64,000 nt of DNA. Origin: Nemertoderma westbladi. Taxonomy: Eukaryota > Animalia > Xenacoelomorpha. The stretch covers positions 23,758 through 87,757 of the forward strand of contig JAUCBJ010005433.1 in assembly GCA_032718475.1 (NCBI GenBank), given 5' to 3'. Positions 14,201 to 26,200 of the stretch are shown one piece after another; the first letter of the stretch is position 1; the number at the start of each line of letters is the position of its first letter. The notes below the pieces were generated by a model. That model did no database searches. It saw nothing but the letters and a program-made list of their open reading frames with translations, and was not told the origin of the DNA. A program made the position numbers and the translations under genes.

Positions 14201-17200
14201 ATTTTTGCTTGCAGTTTAGTATAGATAGCACATTCGGGTGATTAATGAGGAGATATTTGAAACATTCCTTAAATGTATGCAATCGGCAATAACGACGATA
14301 ATGAATGGTGCGGGGGGGATGGTGGACTAATATTGTGAAAGGAGTGCAGATGATGTTATTGCGGGATGTGAAGCGGTATATCTCCGCTTCCCATTGTAAT
14401 ATAAAAATCGTTTAAATATATTATCAATCAAGTAGCCTGATAAACTGCAGTACCGGTGGCACTGCAGGAGAGTCAGACAGTAACAGACAAAAAGTGGTAC
14501 CTGTACAGCGGTACGGCAGGAGAGCACAGACAAGTCGAAACTGAAAGTATATTGGTCAAATATATAAAGTTTTATCGGTATTTAGTTTTTCGTTCGAAGT
14601 TAAGTAGCCAACCACTACAGATACAGTGTTACAGCCACTTACAGGGTTGATATAATCATATGATAAGAGGGTCTCCCAACAACTAGTTTAAAATATCAAA
14701 TTATAGGAATATTGACTGTGTGTCGGTCTGTCTGAGTTACATATTAACGGACAGATAGAAAGACTGTCAGACATCGATAACTAATAAAGATGTCGTTGCC
14801 GTTTTCGTTCAATTATACTCTAGTTGAAATAAAAAAAATTCGAAAATTTTAAAAAGTAGCGCTACCCCACCCCCTTCCATATATACTACAGTACTATACC
14901 ACTATAAAAGATTTTTGTAACAAAACTTAAAACTTCAGGCACTATCAAATGCGCTATAACAACTGATGAAAGGCTGATTTTAAAAAGGGATAATATCAAT
15001 AAACACATTAAAATAGGACATGGGGTTTTATAGGTTAGGGCCCCACGGGCCAGGATAAGTTATCAGGTCTCTACTATATGGTGTCCTTGTCTCTTCTACA
15101 TAAAATAGCAAAATTGTGTTTAATTCTACTAACCCAACCAAGTTACCCCAAGGAAAACTGCACAACAACTATTCACTAAATACAGGTATCGGTAAGCATT
15201 ATAGTGTAAATTAAGAAAATATAATGACTTTTTTGTCCGCCGATCCCGATATGGTACAAATTATAAGTTTAATGAAATACGCAGATGTCATAGAAGCACC
15301 GAGTACTAACCGGCGCAAGGGGCGCTAAAGGCGTTTCTGGTCAAATGGTCATAGCAGTCAAATGGTGGAATTGGTATAGTTTTCGTTGCATTATTACTCT
15401 CATTTCCCCAACTGGTTAACAACATCGTTAATTGCCTTGGTTAGAAAAAGCAGTCTTTGTAACCTGCTCTTTTCCCTTATTATGGTTTGTCAGTGGTGGT
15501 TTTCTTTCTTACGTCTGTTTGACCCTACGACTCACATTTCGACCCTTTGATTCGTTCGACCGTTTGACCCGAAATTCGCCCAGGTACTGTAGGTAGCTAG
15601 AGGGGAAAAGTCCACCGGTCCATAACGTCCGCCCTATTTTATTGTTTATTGGTGAATAGCACCAACACCCCTCTATGTCGCGGTGGTCAAACATTAAAAA
15701 AGCATTGAAAGTTAACTCAAGGACAAACGGTTAATAACAGTTTTACTGTATACTGTAATTATATCTTTATCGTTGAGTCGGGGATTGTCACGCTCTCGGT
15801 AAAGTCTGTACAAAGTGTAATTACGTTTTATATTGGTTTTAGGTTAGCGTAGTGTAATATTGTATTTGTAACCAAGTAACATAAAGGACCCCCTTGGAAA
15901 TAAGCTGCAAAGATTTAGGGGTAATCCTATATGTTATGTTGGACAATATTTTGTATCTGGTGTATCTGTTATTGTTTACATAATGTTTATCTAACGAGTA
16001 TTAAAATTCAATGTACGAGGACAATGTGAAAACAAATTTAATTAAAAAGTAAAACAGTTGACGATGAAAGAGGTTAGCAGGAAACCTTAGAGAGATTAAC
16101 ATTGGTAAAGCCAGGGTTGCCATAGTAAGCGTTGCCAACAGTCATACACCGTTGCGAGGGAATCACTCCGAAAGTAGGCAAGGTAACAAACCCCGGGTCA
16201 GATTCGTACAGGAATCCTAGGTTGCTATGGTTACAGGGTGAAGCTCCCACTAAAATAAATTAAACGGGTTTAAAAGAAATGATTAATTAAGCTAAACGGA
16301 GACAACCCCGTTTCTAAAATACTTTAGGTATTCTAGAAACGGGAATGAAGGTTCCCAACTTCCTTGCGAATAAGAATTACAAATAATTATTACACATTTC
16401 ATGATTTTCTCGGTTCCCTAGCGAGAAGACGCATTGAACGTATTAAAATATCTGAAATTATTATTAACTGAATTTATAAATTTAAATTAATTGATACACT
16501 GCGGGTTAAGCTGATGTTAAAAGCATGTTGCAGTGCAGCGCTGGGTGTAAATATTTAGTAAATAATCAATATAGGCAATATTATATAAATATACCCGACA
16601 GCCCGATAAATAAACCGCTATATTTGCACTGCATAAAATATATTCACCTAAAAAACAAATAGATCATAGAACTTCTATGTAATCATCGTTAATATTTAGC
16701 TTGTCCTGCAGGAAATCAACAAGGTCGTCGGCAATATCGCCTTGGATAGTCACTTCGTCGTCGTTAGTAACAGATGAAGAGGCTGCGAAACGCTTACTAA
16801 ACAACCTGGTGGCGTCCTTAAGGTTCACCTCGTGGCTCTTTAAACCGGTAACTATGGTAACGTTTTTCTTTTTTCCCCGTTGTTCGGTGTGTATCTTGAC
16901 GGGGTTTGGATCGGATTTATCTTTTCCGCGTTTTTTCTGGCCCTTCCCGCCGCGTTTCTGCCGCTTCTTCTCATCCTCCGGTTCCGCGGCTCCCGACTCC
17001 ACCGCCGCTGCGTACTCTTCTGGTAGATGTTTTTCCCGCCACTCGAGGCACTTCTCGAAGCGACCGGAGAACTCGCAGTACTCCAGCGGGAGCGAACACT
17101 CCCCGCAGTACGCGACGCGCAGCGGGTATGAAACTCTGGCGACGGAATCATCGTCGGTTCCCGGACCAACTGGATCGCTCGTCTCCGCGTCCACGGTCCG

Positions 17201-20200
17201 AGGTAATTCATCTCCCGATGACGTCATAAGTATTGTTGGTATTAGCGCAAACACTACAGCACTGGTCTCGGGTGTCGATAAATCAATCAAATGGCAATCC
17301 ACCAATGCGGAAATAATCAAGGTTATATAGCTTGGTTTTATAATTTAGATTAGGGTTTGGGGTCCCTGCCTACCATCTGACAATTCACCCCGTGCCTAGG
17401 CTAGAGGATGGTAGAGCATAACTCATGTTACCTGTCAGCCTGTGTTTGTGTGTAATAATAATTAGGGCCTAGCTGCCTAGGTAATTGTGGAATGCGATTT
17501 GCAGATTTGCACTGCGCCAAAGCCTGACAGCTGGGGCAATGGGCAATCCCATCTCGAGAATTAATAGGCCTACACTAATAATTAAGCAAGGGAAAGCAGA
17601 AAAAATCATGTTCGATGTTACTACAACAGTACAATGGCTTGTTATTTTAAACAAAACAATAAATGAGAGTTAAGATATAGGCCTACTGTTCAGCTGTTAT
17701 ACCAACCAGTATACATACCGGTGGCGGTGGGGAGGCACTACTGCATAATCCTGTAATCGGTGTTATTTAGTTACTTGGGCGAGTCGCTTTTCCCTTGAGA
17801 GATTTAAACTTTGATAGGGTCAAGAACGAATCCCCCTATCTCAGTATCTGCTACCTCTACTTATGCTGGTATGCCTAAGTTCAGATATCATTGAGAAATA
17901 CGAAATCCTGAAAAAATACACTGTACAGCAAAAATTAAATTTCAAAATTACCGCCATATAAGTTGTTATTCTCCAGTGCAATTACAATATGTTTTGTATA
18001 CTGTATAGTCGAACAGTTTATCGTTTTGATTAGAATAATAGTATGCCACTGAAACGTGTTCCTTTTCCTTTTTCCATAATGGATAAATTAACAGCAATTA
18101 ATGATTCTCCCAGATGTAAGGTTCCCGATGGATGAATTTTTATTGCGTCCAGCCCCCCCCCCCCCCCCCTATCTAACCAGTGGATGCAAACGTTTTTTTC
18201 CCTATAAGTTTTTTTTGATAAAATGTTTTTTGGTAACATTCCAATATTCTGACGTGGGGGGGGGGGGGGGGGGGGGTGTAATTACCCGCACTACACCCCC
18301 CTTGGGTACGTCCCTGCCCCCCGTCCCCACGATGTATCCTATCGTTTTGAAGCAGTAGTCCATAAAAACAAAATTTTGTTTCTACAGGAAGGAAATGAAT
18401 TACTTTAGTTATGTAAAGATAATTTAGATTTAATTCACTTCCTAACGTTAACAAATGTTGGGTTTAAATCATAGATGAAATGAAAGGAGCAGATTGAAAT
18501 AACAGCAAATGAGAATTATGGCGAGAGAAAAAAGGACATTCACTAATAAACCACATTAATTACTGTCTGCGCGGCGCAGAGGCGCTATGTTAGTGCAAAT
18601 CACCAAGTTTAGCTTAAAAAGGAAACATTGTCATACGAAGGGAAAAACTAAATACCACCACCAAAGAATAATTCATGTACCTTAGATCCATGGGCTCGGA
18701 TTCCTGGTATAGGGGAATTCACCAGCATTTCCAAAAGAAACTTTGTTGCGATAACAACCCCAAAAGATGGGAAGCAGACAAATCCCGAATGGTAGTCGTT
18801 AATATATGCCAAGTCTGACGGTTCACTGGCCGACATGCCGACTGCAATGAGGGTAAAGTTTCACTTTGGATGTACCGGTAACGGCGGTAGGCATTCATAG
18901 GCCTACTCTAAGATAAATGCCCCGCGATATTGGTCTATAATGCCATAGAATTGTAATCAAAAGGCAACATCATCACACTAAAAACGCATTTAGTGTACAT
19001 TTTTTATTCATTGTTAAATTAACGTAAGTAATACTAACTGTAAATATAGGCCTACGTATTAGTTGCCTTCTGTGAGAGTAACGTAGACTACTGTAGGATT
19101 AATATATTTACTGAATTAGATCTATACTTACAGTTTGTAAGTGCAGTTTGTATTTTTGCAACAGTGGAAACATAATGCCGTCCTTCTACTTACCACTAAG
19201 GGCATATAGAATAACGTCGCGGTCATCGAAAGTGAATTCGTTGGAGTCGATCTTATGGGCCATGGCGAGAGCGACGTCAATGGGACCATCTCCGGCAGCT
19301 GTGAACGACTCAGTAGGTTGCCTTGGCAACTGATCAACCTTAGTGGCCGTGGTCGGTGACTGAGTTCGAATATTCTCGGCTACAGTTGTATAACTGGGGT
19401 TCTGTATTCTGGACATGTAATCCACCATAAAGTCTATTAACCAATAGGACATATTCATAAATAATAAAAGTTGTATATAACAGACCGTTAACTGAATAAT
19501 TGGAAGATTTGTGTTTGTTAAATCAAATACTAGGCAACCCGCCAAACGCCATAGCATTTTTGACGTTTTCTTTTGAAAAACATGCGGAATGCCTCCAAAA
19601 ATTCACCTTTGTTATTTTTAAACGGCTTTAACTAACTTTTTTAATAATTTCCATAGAAATGAACAAATTAATAGTAAATATATCATGTGCAGTAGTTTGA
19701 CTATGGTTACAGTTACCTTTAATTATATGGTATACGAAAATGGGATAGGCGGATAGAGTCCCATATCAAAACAATTGGAACTATTTGTCAATTAGACAGA
19801 CAAACGCCAACGAAGTGCACGGACAGTACCAACCTGACATAGAGGAATAGTAAACGGGACGAGAGAAGTCGGTAATATTCGGCCACCGATCTCTAACCGA
19901 CTCAATAGATCCTGCAGTACCGGACTGGTGGAACATAGCGCCTCCTGCGTGTTGCCAACGAACTGAAACAACAATGAATTGAAACTACGTTACACAATAA
20001 TTGAATAATATCACAATAAAACAAAAACGTTAGTGTGTGGAGTATGTCTAGCCTACACATTAATTAATTGTCAGTATTAATAATTATAAGTATCTTTTAC
20101 TACTGCGCTGTACTTTGTCAGAAGTAAACGTTTAAATGTAAAACATTTAAACTAAAAGTGGGCAGTCCTGATCTAGGTTTAACTTAAAAACCTAGACCGC

Positions 20201-23200
20201 CCTCTCCTATAGTTTAACTTACCTTGAGCCGCCCTCTCCTATAGTTTAACTTACCTGAGCCGCCCTCTCCTATAGTTTAACTTACCTTGAGCCGCCCTCT
20301 CCTATAGTTTAACTTACCTTGAGCCGCCCTCTCCTATAGTTTAACTTACCTGAGCCGCCCTCTCCTATAGTTTAACTTACCTTGAGCCGCCCTCTCCTAT
20401 AGTTTAACTTACCTTGAGCCGCCCTCTCCTATAGTTCAACTTACCTTGAGCCGCCCTCTCCTATAGTTTAACTTACCTGAGCCGCCCTCTCCTATAGTTT
20501 AACTTACCTAGAGCCGCCCTCTCCTATAGTTTAACTTACCTAGAGCCGCCCTCTCCTATAGTTTAACTTACCTTGAGCCGCCCTCTCCTATATTTAACTT
20601 ACCTTGAGCCGCCCTCTCCTATAGTTTAACTTACCTGAGCCGCCCTCTCCTAATAGTTTAACTTCCCTGAGCCGCCCTCTCCTATAGTTTAACTTACCTG
20701 AGCCGCCCTCTCCTATAGTTTAACTTACCCGAGCCGCCTTCTCCTATAGTTTAACTTACCTTGAGCCGCCCTCTCCTATAGTTTAACTTACCTTGAGCCG
20801 CCCTCTCCTATAGTTCAACTTACCTGAGCCGCCCTCTCCTAATAGTTTAACTTCCCTGAGCCGCCCTCTCCTATAGTTTAACTTACCTGAGCCGCCCTCT
20901 CCTATAGTTTAACTTACCCGAGCCGCCTTCTCCTATAGTTTAACTTACCTTGAGCCGCCCTCTCCTATAGTTTAACTTACCTTGAGCCGCCCTCTCCTAT
21001 AGTTCAACTTACCTGAGCCGCCCTCTCCTATAGTTTAACTTACCTTGAGCCGCCCTCTCCTATAGTTCAACTTACCTGAGCCGCCCTCTCCTATAGTTTA
21101 ACTTACCTTGAGCCTCCCTCTCCTAATAGTTTAACTTACCTGAGCCGCCCTCTCCTATAGTTTAACTTACCTGAGCCGCCCTCTCCTAATAGTTTAACTT
21201 CCCTGAGCCGCCCTCTCCTATAGTTTAACTTACCTGAGCCGCCCTCTCCTATAGTTTAACTTACCCGAGCCGCCTTCTCCTATAGTTTAACTTACCTTGA
21301 GCCGCCTTCTCCTATAGTTTAACTTACCTTGAGCCGCCCTCTCCTATAGTTTAACTTACCTTGAGCCGCCCTCTCCTATAGTTTAACTTACCTGAGCCGC
21401 CCTCTCCTAATAGTTTAACTTCCCTGAGCCGCCCTCTCCTATAGTTTAACTTACCTGAGCCGCCCTCTCCTATAGTTTAACTTACCTTGAGCCGCCCTCT
21501 CCTATAGTTTAACTTACCTTGAGCCGCCCTCTCCTATAGTTTAACTTACCTTGAGCCGCCCTCTCCTATAGTTTAACTTACCTAGAGCAGCCCTCTCCTA
21601 TAGTTTAACTTACCTGAGCCGCCCTCTCCTATAGTTCAACTTACCTTGAGCCGCCCTCTCCTATAGTTTAACTTACCTAGAGCAGCCCTCTCCTATAGTT
21701 TAACTTACCTGAGCCGCCCTCTCCTATAGTTTAACTTACCTTGAGCCGCCCTCTCCTATAGTTTAACTTACCTAGAGCCGCCCTCTCCTATAGTTTAACT
21801 TACCCGAGCCGCCCTCTCCTATAGTTTAACTTACCTTGAGCCGCCCTCTCCTATAGTTTAACTTACCTAGAGCCGCCCTCTCCTATAGTTCAACTTACCT
21901 TGAGCCGCCCTCTCCTATAGTTTAACTTACCTTGAGCCGCCCTCTCCTATAGTTCAACTTACCTTGAGCCGCCCTCTCCTATAGTTTAACTTACCTTGAG
22001 CCGCCCTCTCCTATAGTTTAACTTACCTAGAGCCGCCCTCTCCTATAGTTTAACTTACCTGAGCCGCCCTCTCCTATAGTTTAACTTACCTTGAGCCGCC
22101 CTCTCCTATAGTTTAACTTACCTGAGCCGCCCTCTCCTATAGTTTAACTTACCTGAGCCGCCCTCTCCTATAGTTCAACTTACCTTGAGCCGCCCTCTCC
22201 TATAGTTTAACTTACCTGAGCCGCCCTCTCCTATAGTTTAACTTACCTAGAGCCGCCCTCTCCTAATAGTTTAACTTACCTTGAGCCCCCTCTCCTATAG
22301 TTTAACTTACCTGAGCCGCCCTCTCCTATAGTTTAACTTACCTTGAGCCGCCCTCTCCTATAGTTTAACTTACCTAGAGCAGCCCTCTCCTATAGTTTAA
22401 CTTACCTGAGCCGCCCTCTCCTATAGTTCAACTTACCTTGAGCCGCCCTCTCCTATAGTTTAACTTACCTGAGCCGCCCTCTCCTATAGTTTAACTTACC
22501 TAGAGCCGCCCTCTCCTATAGTTTAACTTACCTTGAGCCGCCCTCTCCTATAGTTTAACTTACCTTGAGCCGCCCTCTCCTATAGTTTAACTTACCTTGA
22601 GCCGCCCTCTCCTATAGTTTAACTTACCTGAGCCGCCCTCTCCTATAGTTTAACTTACCTTGAGCCGCCCTCTCCTATAGTTTAACTTACCTTGAGCCGC
22701 CCTCTCCTATAGTTTAACTTACCCGAGCCGCCTTCTCCTATAGTTTAACTTACCTAGAGCCGCCCTCTCCTATAGTTTAACTTACCTGAGCCGCCCTCTC
22801 CTATAGTTTAACTTACCTTGAGCCGCCCTCTCCTATAGTTTAACTTACCTTGAGCCGCCCTCTCCTATAGTTTAACTTACCTGAGCCGCCCTCTCCTATA
22901 GTTCAACTTACCTTGAGCCGCCCTCTCCTATAGTTTAACTTACCTTGAGCCGCCCTCTCCTAATAGTTTAACTTACCTTGAGCCCCCTCTCCTATAGTTT
23001 AACTTACCTTGAGCCGCCCTCTCCTATAGTTTAACTTACCTTGAGCCGCCCTCTCCTATAGTTTAACTTACCTTGAGCCGCCCTCTCCTAATAGTTTAAC
23101 TTACCTTGAGCCCCCTCTCCTATAGTTTAACTTACCTTGAGCCCCCTCTCCTATAGTTTAACTTACCTTGAGCCGCCCTCTCCTATAGTTTAACTTACCT

Positions 23201-26200
23201 TGAGCCGCCCTCTCCTAATAGTTTAACTTACCTTGAGCCCCCTCTCCTATAGTTTAACTTACCTTGAGCCGCCCTCTCCTATAGTTTAACTTACCTTGAG
23301 CCGCCCTCTCCTATAGTTTAACTTACCTGAGCCGCCCTCTCCTATAGTTTAACTTACCTTGAGCCGCCCTCTCCTAATAGTTTAACTTACCTTGAGCCGC
23401 CCTCTCCTATAGTTTAACTTACCTAGAGCCGCCCTCTCCTATAGTTTAACTTACCTGAGCCGCCCTCTCCTATAGTTTAACTTACCTTGAGCCGCCCTCT
23501 CCTATAGTTTAACTTACCTTGAGCCGCCCTCTCCTATAGTTTAACTTACCTTGAGCCGCCCTCTCCTATAGTTTAACTTACCTTGAGCCGCCCTCTCCTA
23601 TAGTTTAACTTACCTTGAGCCGCCCTCTCCTATAGTTTAACTTACCTTGAGCCGCCCTCTCCTATAGTTTAACTTACCTTGAGCCGCCCTCTCCTATAGT
23701 TTAACTTACCTTGAGCCGCCCTCTCCTATAGTTTAACTTACCTTGAGCCGCCCTCTCCTATAGTTTAACTTACCTTGAGCCGCCCTCTCCTATAGTTTAA
23801 CTTACCTTGAGCCGCCCTCTCCTATAGTTTAACTTACCTTGAGCCGCCCTCTCCTATAGTTTAACTTACCTTGAGCCGCCCTCTCCTATAGTTTAACTTA
23901 CCTTGAGCCGCCCTCTCCTATAGTTTAACTTACCTTGAGCCGCCCTCTCCTATAGTTTAACTTACCTTGAGCCGCCCTCTCCTAATAGTTTAACTTACCT
24001 TGAGCCCCCTCTCCTATAGTTTAACTTACCTTGAGCCGCCCTCTCCTATAGTTTAACTTACCTTGAGCCGCCCTCTCCTAATAGTTTAACTTACCTTGAG
24101 CCGCCCTCTCCTATAGTTTAACTTACCTTGAGCCGCCCTCTCCTATAGTTTAACTTACCTTGAGCCGCCCTCTCCTATAGTTTAACTTACCTGAGCCGCC
24201 CTCTCCTATAGTTTAACTTACCTTGAGCCGCCCTCTCCTATAGTTTAACTTACCTTGAGCCGCCCTCTCCTATAGTTTAACTTACCTTGAGCCGCCCTCT
24301 CCTATAGTTTAACTTACCTTGAGCCGCCCTCTCCTAATAGTTTAACTTACCTTGAGCCCCCTCTCCTATAGTTTAACTTACCTTGAGCCGCCCTCTCCTA
24401 TAGTTTAACTTACCTTGAGCCGCCCTCTCCTAATAGTTTAACTTACCTTGAGCCGCCCTCTCCTATAGTTTAACTTACCTTGAGCCGCCCTCTCCTATAG
24501 TTTAACTTACCTTGAGCCGCCCTCTCCTATAGTTTAACTTACCTGAGCCGCCCTCTCCTATAGTTTAACTTACCTTGAGCCGCCCTCTCCTATAGTTTAA
24601 CTTACCTTGAGCCGCCCTCTCCTATAGTTTAACTTACCTTGAGCCGCCCTCTCCTATAGTTTAACTTACCTTGAGCCGCCCTCTCCTATAGTTTAACTTA
24701 CCTTGAGCCGCCCTCTCCTATAGTTTAACTTACCTGAGCCGCCCTCTCCTATAGTTTAACTTACCTTGAGCCCCCTCTCCTATAGTTTAACTTACCTTGA
24801 GCCGCCCTCTCCTATAGTTTAACTTACCTTGAGCCGCCCTCTCCTAATAGTTTAACTTACCTTGAGCCGCCCTCTCCTATAGTTTAACTTACCTTGAGCC
24901 GCCCTCTCCTATAGTTTAACTTACCTTGAGCCGCCCTCTCCTATAGTTTAACTTACCTGAGCCGCCCTCTCCTATAGTTTAACTTACTTTGAGCCGCCCT
25001 CTCCTTTAGTTTAACTTACCTAGAGCCGCCCTCTCCTATAGTTTAACTTACCTTGAGCCGCCCTCTCCTATAGTTTAACTTACCTTGAGCCGCCCTCTCC
25101 TATAGTTTAACTTACCTAGAGCAGCCCTCTCCTATAGTTTAACTTACCTGAGCCGCCCTCTCCTATAGTTCAACTTACCTTGAGCCGCCCTCTCCTATAG
25201 TTTAACTTACCTAGAGCAGCCCTCTCCTATAGTTTAACTTACCTGAGCCGCCCTCTCCTATAGTTTAACTTACCTTGAGCCGCCCTCTCCTATAGTTCAA
25301 CTTACCTTGAGCCGCCCTCTCCTATAGTTTAACTTACCTAGAGCAGCCCTCTCCTATAGTTTAACTTACCTTGAGCCGCCCTCTCCTATAGTTTAACTTA
25401 CCTTGAGCCGCCCTCTCCTATAGTTTAACTTACCTTGAGCCGCCCTCTCCTATAGTTTAACTTACCTAGAGCCGCCCTCTCCTATAGTTTAACTTACCTT
25501 GAGCCGCCCTCTCCTATAGTTTAACTTACCTTGAGCCGCCCTCTCCTATAGTTTAACTTACCTTGAGCCGCCCTCTCCTATAGTTTAACTTACCTGAGCC
25601 GCCCTCTCCTATAGTTTAACTTACCTTGAGCCTCCCTCTCCTAATAGTTTAACTTACCTTGAGCCGCCCTCTCCTATAGTTTAACTTACCTTGAGCCGCC
25701 CTCTCCTATAGTTTAACTTACCTAGAGCCGCCCTCTCCTATAGTTTAACTTACCTTGAGCCGCCCTCTCCTATAGTTTAACTTACCTTGAGCCGCCCTCT
25801 CCTATAGTTTAACTTACCTGAGCCGCCCTCTCCTATAGTTTAACTTACCTTGAGCCGCCCTCTCCTATAGTTTAACTTACCTTGAGCCGCCCTCTCCTAT
25901 AGTTTAACTTACCTTGAGCCGCCCTCTCCTATAGTTTAACTTACCTGAGCCGCCCTCTCCTATAGTTTAACTTACCTTGAGCCGCCCTCTCCTATAGTTT
26001 AACTTACCTTGAGCCGCCCTCTCCTATAGTTTAACTTACCTGAGCCGCCTTCTCCTATAGTTTAACTTACCTAGAGCCGCCCTCTCCTATAGTTTAACTT
26101 ACCTGAGCCGCCCTCTCCTATAGTTTAACTTACCTTGAGCCGCCCTCTCCTATAGTTTAACTTACCTTGAGCCGCCCACTCCTATAGTTTAACTTACCTA

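Noticed and set aside
16077-16085. Exon 8b donor GTTTCCT resembling a U12 donor (GTATCCT)
   Set aside because: Mismatch at +3 and no TCCTTAAC branch site before the exon 9 acceptor
16115-16234. RFX X-box-like motifs (gttgccatagtaag, gttgctatggttac)
   Set aside because: They fall inside coding exon 8b and are explained by its codons
16701-17330. Plus-strand 209-aa and other overlapping ORFs
   Set aside because: Antisense or alternate-frame shadows of GC-rich DENR
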